Assembly (NCBI GenBank): GCA_002633005.1
Contig: NMRA01000534.1
Coordinates: 121,577-185,576 of the forward strand
Direction of reading: 5' to 3'
DNA length: 64,000 bases
Source of the DNA: Phoronis australis
Taxonomy: Eukaryota > Animalia > Phoronida
A program made the position numbers and the translations under genes. The notes beneath the pieces are model-generated. The model ran no database searches. It was not told where the DNA came from and saw only the letters and a program-made list of their open reading frames with translations. This document shows, piece by piece, positions 36,199 to 49,716 of this stretch; the first letter of the stretch is position 1, and each line of letters starts with the position of its first letter.

Positions 36199-37149
36199 CA
36201 CGTACTTGTTATGACTGACAGTAAAATTTAAAATAAAAAATCTATTTTACCCTCAATAGACTGAAGCGACGCTACGATATTCGATGTTTTTCAACAAATG
36301 CTCTGTGAGCCTCGTCAACCTTTAAAATTTTGTACAAGGCTGTTTGAAAATTATAAAGTTAGCTGAATCGGAAACAATGTACGGCTGCCGGCAAGGAAAC
36401 ATTGCCCCAACCACGGGGACGTCCCGCACTTCGTGTTCAGCTGGTTAATGTTAATAATTTCCTTGGGAAAGTAGTACCGGCAAGCATATAGAACCAGTTT
36501 TGAGCGAAGTTACCAAATACAGGGTTTGTATCCTTTAAACTCGTGCCAAACATCCTGTGGATCCATTGGTCAGTGATCAAGTCACGTGAAAGACGCTATC
36601 TTTATGTAGCTTTTAATTACGTTTTATCAGCACAGCTTTATTTTCATTCACCTTAAGGTTGATTTATAGTAACACTTGGGCAACAACTTGGTTTGCTCGG
36701 ATGCCAATATTTATCTTAGAGCGATTTTCATGTGTCTATAGAGTAATAAATTAACGTTAATTGAGTTACTTTTATCACTGATGTTAGTTCCTTGCAGCAC
36801 GATGCCTATTTACACTGTAATTTCTGTTATTTTTGTCAGGAATTCCCAGGTCACGTGAGAAACGATCAATTCCCAAACGTGCGAACTAATGTTGTCCGTG
36901 AGTTAAGTAAACGCTTTTGAATGCATTCAACCACAGTCACCAAGAAACAATTCAAGGCAGTGGTCAAATCGAAATCGCAATAGATTAGAGACCTACATGT
37001 AGTAGAACACTATTTTAATGTTTATTACATATGGTTAGAACATGTTGCTGAGCTCCTCAACAAACAATTTCAAGTTGCCTTTAGACCTAAGTTAACTTTC
37101 ACCACAGACGAGTTTCATACTTGATACCCTCCACGATGTACAGTATCCT

Positions 37150-38140
37150 ACTTGTAAAATCCTATCTACACATGTATTTCTATAAATGGCGCTGATAAAT
37201 TAACACTCATTCTCAGCAATGAAGTGGAATTGACCCCAGTTCTGACCCTCATATTTGAATCTTCACTTAGGTCTGGGATTGTCACATCTGACTGGAGAAA
37301 TGCGAATGTAACCCCCGTTTTTAACAAATGGAAAAATATTAACCAGATAATTACATACCTATATCACTAAACAGTATATGGTACAAAATGCATGAAAGTA
37401 ATTATCCATACGATTTTAGACCACTGTGACTCGAATATCATCATATGTCCGGAACGTCACTGGATTCCGTTCAAAAATGTCTTGTGCCTGCTGGGCTTCA
37501 TCGATGAGGTTACTGAGCATGTTGAAAAAGGAATAGTGTAAATGTTATTATAATGGATTTCAGTAAAGTGTTTGATAAGGTTAACCATTCCATACTGATT
37601 CACATATTAAATCGTTACGATATATCAGTTACTATTAACAACTGGATTGCAAGTTTCCTAACTGGTCGACAACAAACTGTATAGTTGTCAGAAGTAGTCA
37701 AGTATACCTTTGGAGTGTGTGGTAGCACAAGGCTCAGTGTTAGTCTTCAGCGTGCCCATAAATTTTATTCCCCTTGGCTTGTTCGGAAAAAAACAGACTA
37801 TTTGGAGACGATACAATATGTTACAACATTGCCAACTCGGCCGCTGACAGGGAGATTCTGCAGAAAGATTTAGATGTTCTTGCTCTGTGGGAGGACAAGT
37901 GGTGTATGGCTTTCTACCCAGACAAGTGTAGTGCCCTCACTTTGACCAGTAAACGCCAAATCGGGTCCATCTCCTATGTGCTTCACAATCATCACACGTT
38001 AGAGTCGGTCACGGAGTTTGCGTATAAAGTAAAGGTTCGACACACCTTGAAATTCGTCTATGTAATTACTGTTTGGGACCGTTATACCCACAAAGACATA
38101 ACTGTTGTACAGAAAGTACGGAGGAGAGCTGCTCGGCATC
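37150..38140 (+). mobile_element. Degenerate LINE reverse transcriptase fragment (CR1/L2-like)
   Basis: Fragments PSDWRNANVTPVF-like, DFSKVFDKVNH, VAQGSV, LFGDDTICY...LQKDLDVLALWEDKWCMAFYPDKC; multiple frameshifts and stops. Confidence 0.8.
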
Positions 38141-38199
38141 TCTCTCCCGCNCCTCTCCCTCCCTCTCCCTCTCCCTCTCCCCCTCCCTTTTCTCTCTCA
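38141..38199. repeat. CT-rich simple repeat
   Basis: tctctccc/ctccct repeats around N38151. Confidence 0.8.
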
Positions 38200-38464
38200 C
38201 GACTGTGACATTTTATGAGGGCACGCAGTCATGTTTAGATTGCACGGAACATCGGTTTCATAATTTATTCCTTACCATGACCGTCACAGGGAATGTGTAA
38301 CGGAAATAGAATCCTTTCACAATAAGGAATATTATGAGATCTTTTTATTACAGCCAGCTTAAGGGTGTAAAATGCAACTTAAAATTTAAGATCTATTCCT
38401 GGTTATGACTTTTTTATGAAGGTTGGGGCTGAGATACAGCGGCCAAATATTAGTCACACACATT

Positions 38465-39440
38465 CTTACTTCACACAATGGATTTTTGCACCTTTTGAGG
38501 TTTGAGACCGTCTACAATAAGTTCATAACACAAAACCTAACTAAACAAGCACTTATTTTATAAGAAATGGGGAATTTTGAATTTTAAAGAAAAAATATGA
38601 CTTTTTTGGTTTCCCGCCACGTGATGTCAACAGTGGAAGACGTTGATGAGTTAATAATATACATGCAATGGTGGATAATAGTAATTTTGTAAATTACCAA
38701 GACTTAGAGAGCTAGCTAATTGACGAGTATTATGAATACAGGAATGGAGATGGGAGTGAAGACGACACTCGCGCCATAGATGAAACGGGTAATGACATAA
38801 ATCTCGTCATCGGCAGACTTTGCGTGCTTGAGGCCGTACGGCTTCCCACACCGGCGTCTTAGGGGAGTAAAGGCGAGTCTGAGCCTCATCTACATGCCAT
38901 TTTCTACTATTGGGCATTGTCGCATGCATTCCCACAAAATCTTGAACAGAAACAGACTGATGGAAACTTACTGCAATCACTTTCATTATCTCAGTCACAA
39001 TTTGACGCCGAGGCTCATACTCTACGTTACCAGCAATGGTACAACACAATACACTTTTTTCCATCATGTGCACTTACACGTTGGAGAAACGATCCTTCAT
39101 CAAATCCCCGCTCCTACGACGGATTCTTCAAAATAGTTCGAGCAAAGCGTAGTCTCTGAACTGAACGTTTGCTTCACCGTGTACTGCCATACCAGTGGAG
39201 ACGCAAGAACCGGTGTCATTTCTGGGAAATCTTATGGTCTTTTGGAAACGCAAACCTGAAATATTGTCTGTCCGATTGCTATTACTGCATCCTCTGCACA
39301 TGCAATTGCTGGCAATACGCAATCGAACTCAGTTTTCGAGTCCACTACGGCTCGCGGTTTGCTGTTAGACAACACAATGGCGGAGACTGGATCCACTGAT
39401 GATGTCACACACAAAAATAAGGTTTTAGCTTTTGCTGTTA
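38465..39440. mobile_element. Kolobok-like non-autonomous element (decayed THAP on minus strand)
   Basis: Homologous to 41924-42884. Minus strand gives CRGCSNSNRTDNISGLRF/KDHKISQK/TTLCSNYFEES; plus strand gives LRPYGF. Boundaries approximate. Confidence 0.6.
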
Positions 39441-40019
39441 TTTATTGATTAAAAGTACACAAATTGAAGAAAAAATACTTAAAATATCATACCAAAATTA
39501 CTGGTAACCGAATTCAAGTATTTATGACCAGGTGTGAAGAGTTTAAGCTCGACATTGCAACTACCAATATGCCTACCGACATTTTGAATTGCAAGGATTT
39601 GTGCAGATTGTTTTGGGAGATTTATCCCTGGTTGCATGCCTGGGGTCCTTAGCAGTCACCAGGTGACGAGACCGGCTCGACCACAAATCGGCCCGGCACT
39701 CAGCGCTGACGACGAACATGTGGCGATCGACTGCATTTCCTGAGTCTGCTAAAAATAATTCGACAAAGAATCGTTTTGAATCGAGATTAAAGTAAGCATC
39801 AGAAACGAAAGGCCGTTACCAAAAGCATAACTGATCACTTGACATCGCTTTTGATACCCTATATTAGCCTACAATAGAATTCCGTGCTTTTTCAAAAAAC
39901 CGCATACGTGCTTACATGCGGAGATAACTCTGAGCTTATGTCGGTTATATACACTAGTCTTGGCTAAAATAAATGAATTCTAAGCTGAAACTACTGGTTT
40001 GAATGTGTTCCGAAAAATG

Positions 40020-40290
40020 GAAGTTTGCACTTTTTGAAGTTTTAGATCGTGTATAACAAGTTTATAACATAAACTCTAACTAAATAAGCACTTATTTTGA
40101 AATATAACTGAGGAATTTTTAATTTTAAAGTAAAATAATTTTTTTTACACTCGAGCCATAGGTGAAACACGTAATGAGTTAAACCTCGCCATATCGACAG
40201 ACTTAGCGTGTTTGAAGCCGTACAAAATCGGCCTTACCGCATCGGTGTCTTCAGGTAGTGAAGCTGAGTCGGAGCCTACTCAGTCTGCGG
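40020..40290. mobile_element. Deleted partial copy of the same Kolobok-like family
   Basis: 40020-40145 resembles 38480-38610, and 40180-40285 resembles 38800-38890. Confidence 0.55.
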
Positions 40291-40917
40291 AGACTTCTGA
40301 TTTCAGATTGATAATTATAGCCTTTTATTGAATCAAGATTTAATTTTCTAACCACTTTAGTATCGACTACTATGTATGTCGGTACTGTAAACCTAACCGC
40401 AAAGCCCAGTTGAGTAGGCCTATAGCGGTCGTTTCTGCGAATTCCGAGTGCGTTTGTAATTAGGAACGATCATATCTAATTAGAGTTATCACAAATGGAC
40501 TTTAATGCTGGTAAATGATACTCATTTCTGTCTTGACTGTTCCAAAATTACGAAAGCTTAGTGCCGTTGTGATTCGTCGAATATTTGGTCCATTGTCCAA
40601 CTAAAATCTCTGTGCCGGTTGCGGTCCTGACCTCAAACTATTTGCCTGTCACTAACACTTCACTTACTACTATTGGGCATTTGACGTATACATGTGTATA
40701 TAGTGGCGGATCTAGGATATCACAAGGGGGTCCCAACATTTTGTTTGTAAACATTTGCTCAAAGCACGATTGTAGATGCGCATAGCAACGAACGGGGGGA
40801 TGTCAGGAATTTTTTTTCCTCTAAAAATCAAGCATTTTCCTTGATTCGAGAAGTATTATCCAAGAAAAAAACGGAAAAAAAACGAAGAAGGTGTCAGGCA
40901 GGAAAAACTCTAAGTAT

Positions 40918-40977
40918 CACAGACTCGAACGCAAGACCTAGAGGACATAGCGCGCGTGCTTTACCACAGCACCACCA
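40918..40977 (-). repeat. tRNA-derived SINE-head-like fragment
   Basis: A-box-like TGGTGCTGTGGT and B-box GTTCGAGTC at tRNA spacing; no full cloverleaf. Confidence 0.35.
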
Positions 40978-41360
40978 CGACTTAACTCCTAATTTGATAC
41001 TAAGAGACTTACTTGTTTATGGTCCACAGCGTTTGCGCGAGAAACCTCCTTCTTTTTGTAATGTTTATTACATGTTTTATATTTTGTGCAATCAGTTCGT
41101 AACAAATTTGTTGTATTGAAAATAGTCTTCAATTGCCCAAAAGACCAAATCCGTTTAATAATGACGCGATTGCTTAGGAAAAAAGAGAGAATTATGAGTT
41201 TCTGAGTGATTCACTAAGGCTTCGATTAAAATTGACCAGCAGCTTCTGCTTTTTCACCATCACTCAAATTCCATGTTCTTTAAAAAATGAAGTAATTTTC
41301 TTCATTGCACAGTGGAGCAGACGACGTAAACGGAGCCGTAGTGACCAGCGACACTGCCGG

Positions 41361-41918
41361 NNNNNNNNNNNNNNNNNNNNNNNNNNNNNNNNNNNNNNNN
41401 NNNNNNNNNNNNNNNNNNNNNNNNNNNNNNNNNNNNNNNNNNNNNNNNNNNNNNNNNNNNNNNNNNNNNNNNNNNNNNNNNNNNNNNNNNNNNNNNNNNN
41501 NNNNNNNNNNNNNNNNNNNNNNNNNNNNNNNNNNNNNNNNNNNNNNNNNNNNNNNNNNNNNNNNNNNNNNNNNNNNNNNNNNNNNNNNNNNNNNNNNNNN
41601 NNNNNNNNNNNNNNNNNNNNNNNNNNNNNNNNNNNNNNNNNNNNNNNNNNNNNNNNNNNNNNNNNNNNNNNNNNNNNNNNNNNNNNNNNNNNNNNNNNNN
41701 NNNNNNNNNNNNNNNNNNNNNNNNNNNNNNNNNNNNNNNNNNNNNNNNNNNNNNNNNNNNNNNNNNNNNNNNNNNNNNNNNNNNNNNNNNNNNNNNNNNN
41801 NNNNNNNNNNNNNNNNNNNNNNNNNNNNNNNNNNNNNNNNNNNNNNNNNNNNNNNNNNNNNNNNNNNNNNNNNNNNNNNNNNNNNNNNNNNNNNNNNNNN
41901 NNNNNNNNNNNNNNNNNN
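41361..41918. other. Assembly gap (N run)
   Basis: Run of n. Confidence 1.
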
Positions 41919-41923
41919 CTTAA

Positions 41924-42884
41924 ACAGTACACACCATGGATTTTTGCACATTTTGAATTACCGGTGGCCACAGACTAAATGAATGACGTAAAATTTAGCT
42001 AAACCCATGTTTATTTTGTGTAATTAGCTCGAAATTTTGATTTTTCTTTCAATTTTGCCAATTTTCACATTTCCCGCCATGTGACGTAATGGGTTGAACA
42101 CAAGAGATCAGTGACTAGCTTTGAACAATGGCGGAGAGCAGGGAATTTGAAAGCGACGACGATTATGAGCAAGAATTGAACGAATACTATGAAGAAACGT
42201 ACGGGAATGGTGGCCAGAATGAGGAAATGGGGTTGCACGAAAGCGAGAACAAGTTTAATGTGCTTCGGGCTGCGTACTTTTCTACTTTGTGCCTTACGAA
42301 CTGGATCCTCCCGCGAGAGAAGCGGCCTCGGCTCGGCGAGTCAACCCAGTCATCCAACAGACGATTCTGAATTAAGAGCTGATGTTTCTGAATGATAAAT
42401 ATTGCCCTTTATTGAACCAGACCTTCATCGTAACGTCTCCTGTGACTGGAGTCGAAACACGAGTCCTCAAAGTGGGCAGAACACAGAGTGGCCCAAGACC
42501 GAATCGCTTGGTCCACGATGACGTCCCACACTCTCGTTCGGCGCACGAAGCAATGCCACTTCTGTGCAACTTTGGTGTCCTTCGGAACACCGAGACGTTC
42601 TCTGCCTGGCTGCTGTTGCTGCAGCCTCCGGAAACACATCTTTTGATCCCTCTACGAACCTTCTCGACGCTAAATGTACTTTGCTTTCTCTTCACTCTAT
42701 ACACTTTGTCTGTGATCCGAACAGTATGGTGAACGACTTGGGTTCAACCCATGACGTTGTACATAATTATTATTTTTTCAATTTTTGCGTGTTTCTTTAT
42801 GAGCTGTGCACTAAATGCACTGAAATCTAGTAAGATATAATAATAAAATTTATCTTGAGGTACTAGAGTCATGTTGTGTACACT
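41924..42884. mobile_element. Kolobok-like non-autonomous DNA transposon with TTAA TSD, THAP remnant (-) and convergent acidic ORF start (+)
   Basis: TTAA|acagtacacaccatg ... catgttgtgtacact|TTAA imperfect TIRs. Minus strand KRCVSGGCSNS...[fs]PKDTKVAQKWHCFVRRTR...LCSAHFEDSCF is a THAP C2CH; plus strand reads MAESREFESDDDYE. Confidence 0.75.
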
Positions 42885-44483
42885 TTAATGGACTGTTTCG
42901 TGTCACCAATGTAACTGTCTAAGCAATGGGGATCCTTACACCTGACACCATAGACAACACATGATTTATTCACCTTGGGGGTACCTTATTAGGGGCGGAG
43001 AATTTGAAAACTGTATTTGGAAGAAAGAGCTTTTTATTTCTTTCGTCTGTGTTTCAAAAATAGCCAATCTGACGATTTTTTCAAAGTGAATAACCCTCGC
43101 GTTAGCATCCTGAAGAAGTAGATTCGCCACGATCTGTATAAAATGTATTTTTACGACTGTTCGCGCTCATGCCTCTTGCAAAGAGATTCATTTAACTCAA
43201 TGCCCTGGGTTGAATTACCAGCTGTAACTAGGAAATTGTCGATGTCCTCCCGATCTTAACACAATTTGCAGCTAGTATGATAATCATGAAAAGTAATCAT
43301 ATTCAGATGAAATATATTGACCAAGGCAACCATTAGAACCAGATTGGCCATGATTTAGTCGTGAGCAAGCAAACTCGTAGTTTGAAATGGTTCTCATAGC
43401 TTGTTTGCTATGTTTAAAACATGAAAAGACTAAAACAGAATTAATACCCAGTGTTTACGCTTACAGCAACAATGAATGAACGCTGTCCAATTTGTAAACG
43501 AAATCACCGGGTTATTTTTTGAGTTCGCATCAACTCTTCCAGGTGACAACTTGTAAACAAGATTAGTGAAAAGATTTAGCGCACAGACTGTTTTCGTTGC
43601 AAAACAGAAAAAATGGTAATTATAAAATGTATCATACCTTTAAGTTTTCGTAATAAAATAGGCTAAAATAGTGAAGTGGAAAATATATGTATTTGACGTT
43701 TCTTCAAACAATTGAGTTTAGTGTACCATTTGCTCTAAAACGATATGCATGTACAACACAAACAATGGTACAGGCCACAAAGAATGATGTCATTTATTTT
43801 CAACTTAATAATACAGGTAAGGACATCTAATTAAGTGCATTGACGCAGAAGTATATAATGCTTTTCGAAATTTACATTAATAAAAAATTCAAAATTTCAA
43901 TCACATTTCACATTCTCAAGCACAACGTACAACTGTCAGATAATATTCTCCACAATGGTGCCTCGCAACTACAAGGCCTACTTTTTATAAGACCAACCAA
44001 ATGAAGGAAAACTACGGGGTGCAGAAATAAAATTGCCACTTGGGGTCGCAGTGGTCCTCAGCTACACCGTCTCGTGGCGTACACCGTCCTCGATCTATAG
44101 ACTAGTGACTACGAAGAGACTAGAGTCACTAGACTCATGATTGGTCATAGAAATGACGTTGAGTAACTTAGCAACGAAGACCGACTGGTCCTCCCAACAA
44201 AGGCACAGATTGGTTCCCTAATCACAACAGTTGCCTTTTACTTTCATTTTCATGTTTATGTCCGCTGGGTGGCGACAACACATTTATAACCTCACTGTCC
44301 TCGTATACTGAGCTGTAGTGTTAGCTCGTGTGTAGGCCCTAAATGCACAGTGCTGATTCTACACCTATCAGCCAGTCAACTGACGTGACTTACCAAATTA
44401 GGAGGTTAACACAGTCAGGAATTTCACTACTTTCGCCTTGCACGAAGCCGACTGGGTGCTGGAGGATAGAGCGTACGAAGCAC

Positions 44484-44938
44484 TAAAGGGCTCTTACACG
44501 AAAACCTTTCTTCACGATGAAATGTGCTTATTCAACGTGCACAGTTGCTTAACAGACGCGCAGTACTAGTTATTCAATGCGCAGAATTGCCCCTGCGCCT
44601 TGCCTTATTCGTTGCGCAGAATTGGTTCTTAGACGAGCGAGATAGCTTTATTAACGCATACGTTCAGTCAGTTCGCCGCGTTTCTTCTGTGCTGCAAGCT
44701 TCTCTCGGCTGTACGCACCACCTGTAAACTTGTCTTGGATCGACATAATTCAGTGCGCATTCTGCGCGTTGAGTGAGCTGCGGCACAGAACGAAAACCGT
44801 TTAAGAACCATTGAATTCTGAGCATTGACTAACTAATTTTGCACGTTGATTTAACAATCTTGTGTGTTGAATACGCAATTGTGGGCGTTAAATAAGCCCA
44901 TTTCATAGCGTAGAAAGGTTCTTGTATAAGAACTCTTT
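44484..44938. mobile_element. MITE with ~60-nt imperfect TIRs
   Basis: aaagggctcttacacgaaaacctttc..atgaaatgtgcttattcaacg versus cgttaaataagcccatttcat..gaaaggttcttgtataagaactcttt. Confidence 0.75.
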
Positions 44939-45199
44939 GGCGTTTTGCTGATAAGGGGGCTATCCTCGTTTCTGCAGAAATATATCTGCTAAATTAAAAT
45001 TGATATATGTAGGCGATTGCAACATTATACGTGTACACTTCCATATGTTTGTTATACATTCATAAATTTTAAAAATGCTTAAGTGCTTAAAACCACCATT
45101 TCTGTATCAAAAACACAAAAATGGCCCTACCAGTCGACCAGGTAACAAATTTGAAAACCCGCAAACTCCATCTGGCGATATGTTATTAACTTATCTCGA

Positions 45200-45600
45200 G
45201 TACTTATTGGTCTATCTCCATAGTGTCGAATATTGCTGCTCGCTTTCTCGTAATTTAGGGTATAATCAAGAATGGAAAGGAGTTGCGTTTGCGATGGTTG
45301 CCTGTGTCAACTCAGTATTTTATTACGACGTGTCTTTTTTCACTTTCCTGTGGGACATAAAGGAAGCGCAGATATGGCACGAGTTTGTACAAGAAACTGG
45401 CATGTTGGTGGACAAGACACACCTGGTGAGAATTGTTGTCACACTCATGCCCCATGTGCTACGAAGTTTTCAATTCAAGTTGCTTTTCTTCTATACTTCC
45501 ATTTTTGGGATGTTCAATTCGCGGTTGTGATATGAAGTGCTATAAAGGATGGTTTAATGATGCTGACAATGTTGTCATTTTCAAAACAAGGTAAATGGCA
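45200..45600 (-). mobile_element. Possible highly decayed LINE ORF2 3' fragment
   Basis: Minus-strand KLRSTWG... resembles the post-RT region of RTE/I-type LINEs; many stops. Confidence 0.3.
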
Positions 45601-47322
45601 GTCTTAATCACTTTAATGAGCTCTTCGTTTTAAGACTGACTACCAAATGTCTATTATCTTCTTTCAGGATACCAAAGTAATCAAACATTTTGACATTTGA
45701 TAACCGCCGACAACAATTGGACACTGATGACACTTACCATGCGCGCACCCAGGGGAGGGGGGGGGGGGCTCGGGGCAAANGGTCCGCCTCAGAGAAACAA
45801 AAAGTCCGGAAAAGTAGAAAACGAGACATAAGTCCACTAATAAGACAGGAACTACCAAAATTTGGCGAATGCACAACTCATATCTCTGAACATACCCCGT
45901 TTTTTTAGTAAAAGGTACACATTCTCAAAAATTCGAGCCCCCCATTTCTTAGGCTGGGTGCGCGCATGCCTACCGTACGTACGCATTTGCCTAAAATGGA
46001 TACTCCGCCACGCTTAGCAGCGCCGATAGCAGACGAAGAAACTACAGAATGCCTTTTGATTCTCGCACTCTGCCAAACTTTCATCTTAAATGCGAGTGGG
46101 GTCATAACGTTACGAAAAATAAACTAAGTGATAAATCTTATCATCAAGGACGGCCCGATAAAAAGTATGCAGACATTTCATACCACTAAATCCAAACCGT
46201 GATTGTACAATGTTTTTGCAATCGTTGGTCACACTATAGAACTTCCCTCGGAGAAACAAACGACAGGGGCGTATACAAGATCTTTGAGACGGAGATTAGT
46301 CAGCGACGACGTTTCGTTATGCTAGAGGCCGTGTTCATTTTTCTCGATTCTACTTAGGGGGTCTTAACCCCCCCCCACCGAGTCCTCTGTCGATCAACCA
46401 CTGAATGAAGTATCACATATAGAACTCCCACTCCGAACACGGGAGCCTACGCATGTGAACAGGCAGGAGCTTCTTCCGATTTAGTACCAAGCACAACCAA
46501 CGTTTGCGCAAACTTAACTTCCATTTTCATCCTCCATTAGTGGCTAATTGGGTTATGTTGCACCTTGTCGACAAATTTGTTCAATCAGCTAAATATCTAC
46601 ATACAATGGAATTTTTCATTTTACAAGTAAATGTTTCCTGATGCCTGTAGAATTTTGGCTTGAATCGGGTACCGTGGCCATGTTTTTATTGAAATTTAGC
46701 AAAAAAGGAAAGGGATATTTGCAGCAGAACGACGACATTAATAACCTGACTAAATTACGATTCATACAAATGTTCTGCATGAAATCTCAAAAACAAAAAG
46801 TCACGGTTTTCTAAATTATCATTTCGTTTTAGGTACATTCAGCATTTGAGTTTTTCATAAAAAATTCCTATTTTTGTAGCCCCCCCCCAAATTGGATCAC
46901 ATTAAGAAGAATTCCTAGCATCATTCTGGAAAAAGTGCTTAAAACATAGTACCCGATGTTTCTTTTGAATCCAATCAGACATTTCTGAGATATGATGTTC
47001 CGAAGTTAGCCACTGTTGCCCACTAAAACTAAATGGTTTCTGCAGATCGTTTACCTATGTCTGGTTGCATTGAGTGTACAACGTCTTATCAACGTTGGTA
47101 GGGTTTGTCAATTTCTCCAAAACTGGTGATCTCTCGATTACTTTTGATGATGGAAACCAAATATTGTGACATGGAAAATTTCGACACTAAGGGTAGTAAG
47201 TGTTGAAACTAATCCGCATTTCTTTATTTCTAGATTGGCCGTAACTGAGGAGAAGCAGTCCCGCTTTAGTATAACCTTCACCAAGGCAAACAAGACAAGA
47301 CAATGTCCTCGCATAGGACAGC

Positions 47323-48669
47323 TTAGAGGTAGCCCTTTGTCGTCATTTGAGTCAATTCCCCGCTCAGTTCCTGACAAAGTTGGTTATAATTCTTCCCGTT
47401 ATAGTTACAATTCGGCTCCATTTCGTAGTCCATGTGGACTTGGTATTTGGTCGATCTTATGCTACTGGGGTCTGAGAAGGACCTCCTGAAGTGTGGCGGC
47501 TGACTAGTTTTGTGACAAAAGGACTTTAACAGGCGGACCATTTGCGACCTAAACTTTTGACCTGATGCGCAGTATAAGAAGAAGTTCATGGAATGATTGA
47601 GGTACAGGATTAATTCAGTAACTGTACGTCCGAGGTTGAATTTCTTTCTCTGCGCCACGTCACTCTCGCTGTCCCACACGCGCGTATTGATCACTACAAT
47701 GTTCAGCGGAAGCGTTGTGAGCAAGAATGTAAAAGACACGGTGAGCAGCATGATCGTCAGCTTGCGCCCGGATGATTCACTGCGCGGCAAGCTCCGTCTG
47801 TCGCCGTTGCAACTAGTGCTGACGCTGACGGACAGGCGCCCTCTGCTTCGCTGAGCGCGAACCACCTGGCGGACGATCATGCAATTCAGTATCATGATGA
47901 TAACAAATGGTAGGAACGAGTAGATGGTAGTGTCGATCCACGGCCAAACAGACTTAATGAATGTGTCGTGCGGCTTGGGGTGGCCGCAATGATACACTGG
48001 CGAACCGTTAACGTCTACACCAATTTCCTCGCGGTCAGCTGTCCACAACAGGTGGCAATTGAGACAGAGAAATCCCGTGAACAATGTCACAATAGCTATG
48101 CGTGCCTTCTTGAGATTGCAAATGTCTGATGCCTTTAAAGGGTGGCAGACGGCAATGTATCTTTCCAGAGTGACCGCAACGATCAGCCAGGCAGAAAAGT
48201 CTGCACACGTGAAAGAAACTACAGACATCGTCTTGCAAACCCACTTGTGGCTCCCAAGAATGTCGTGAATTTCAAGAATTACGGAGAGCCACCGAGGCAA
48301 TAGTCCGGAGTACAGCAATGTTGTGTCTGCAATTGCCAGGGCAGACAAATAAATGTACGTGGACTGACTTCTCATGGCGCGACTTCTCAAAATCATAAAT
48401 GTGAATAAGTTCCCAAATGTTCCGACACAAATCAATATCAGAGGAACGTACACATAGAGTACTTTTATTATTTCATCTTCAGGAAAAAGTTCCTCTGGAC
48501 AGGAGATGTTGTATTGACTTTTCAGCTGCAGTTTAGCACCTGCCGAGAGGGTAGAACACAATTTCACGAACTCATCAAGTGGTAAATCGTTTTCTGGGTT
48601 GTCAACACCGTCTAGCACGTACGACCAGTTACCTAGGTGCATCGAGTAGGAGGCTGGAAATTTGAACAT
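47323..48669 (-). CDS. Class A (rhodopsin-like) GPCR, FMRFamide/sex-peptide/TRH-receptor-like orphan; intronless CDS
   Basis: Seven hydrophobic segments: GN in TM1, LAIAD, ERYIAVCHP, WPWID..YSFLPF, TTLP, NFFLYC; ECL Cys present. The first in-frame ATG is at 48669 (the track start at 48681 is TTG); acceptor at 48743. Confidence 0.93.
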   Translation of the reverse strand: MFKFPASYSMHLGNWSYVLDGVDNPENDLPLDEFVKLCSTLSAGAKLQLKSQYNISCPEELFPEDEIIKVLYVYVPLILICVGTFGNLFTFMILRSRAMRSQSTYIYLSALAIADTTLLYSGLLPRWLSVILEIHDILGSHKWVCKTMSVVSFTCADFSAWLIVAVTLERYIAVCHPLKASDICNLKKARIAIVTLFTGFLCLNCHLLWTADREEIGVDVNGSPVYHCGHPKPHDTFIKSVWPWIDTTIYSFLPFVIIMILNCMIVRQVVRAQRSRGRLSVSVSTSCNGDRRSLPRSESSGRKLTIMLLTVSFTFLLTTLPLNIVVINTRVWDSESDVAQRKKFNLGRTVTELILYLNHSMNFFLYCASGQKFRSQMVRLLKSFCHKTSQPPHFRRSFSDPSSIRSTKYQVHMDYEMEPNCNYNGKNYNQLCQELSGELTQMTTKGYL

Positions 48670-49365
48670 ATGGTTCCACAAGATACATCAAACGACATGT
48701 TATTATCAACCACATTTGAGACTTGAAACTCACTAGGTGACGCTAATGAAGAAAAGGTACAGTCTTATCTCAGTATCTGAACACATTGACCACGAAAATC
48801 CGTTCTTTCAAAAGTTTGGGGATTTTCATAGAATGATACCACATGAGTAACTCAATTCATGCATTTCCAGAAGATATTTCTTTTGCTTGCGCCATCTAGT
48901 GAAATTCACGTTCCCCACTCCAGTGCATTGAATTCAAATATTATCTCGATTTCCTGTGTTGTTGAGTCAAACGACTCCTTCGCACTCAATTCCTCGTCAA
49001 AAATCGTTGGACTCTTCAACACAAGATGTAACATTAGAATTTAATCTGGGCTGCGTTCCGCCGTAGGGCAAGTTACATGATAGAAATGCAAGAGTAAGCA
49101 ATTTTTCGTGAGTTATCGCCAAGTAGTATAAACGATGCAAGTGAACACTCTAGCTTTACTCGCAAGTGTCTACCGTCTACAGAACGAGTCCCGCAGTTAC
49201 CAATATTATACATCAAATCTATTCTCACTTAAACAAGATTTCACGCAAATGTGAAAAGATAGAGGAAAAATATTTAATTTCCACATTAAGGTACTTCTGT
49301 TCACATTCTGTCACCTTATGATCGTAAATGTTAACGCTTTTCACATTGAGTCTAACACGATGCCT

Positions 49366-49716
49366 TAAGCTAGTCCATATTGGCAAACTTTTTGTTCGCA
49401 AACTCGACCAAACTTGACTTTGGTCAAGTTTGCCAACAATGGTTTACCAGTGTGGATGGGTTGACAAAAACGACCAAACTAGTTTGCTGAAGTTGCTGAG
49501 GATTGGTCATGCACATTAATTTGAAAACTGCTTGGTGAATAATAACCAATTAGCACGCGTCTGAAAACCATGTGATCACCAGTGTTCAAAATGGCAGCCT
49601 GCGTGAGGGAAAGTTTGGTACACTTTGTAAGTGTTGTGTAAAACTCATCCAAATACCATCAAACTCCGAGTTTGGTGGTATTTGTAAATAAAGGTTAGCC
49701 AATGTGGATGGACCTT
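49366..49716. mobile_element. MITE (Harbinger-like) with inverted termini
   Basis: agctagtccatattggcaaactttt ... aaaggttagccaatgtggatggacct, with internal ccaaac/gtttgg repeats. Confidence 0.6.

Noticed and set aside
40918-40977. Functional tRNA gene
   Set aside because: No acceptor stem or complete cloverleaf; kept only as a SINE-like fragment.
41232-41982. Long ORFs in the track
   Set aside because: Artefacts of translating through the N gap.
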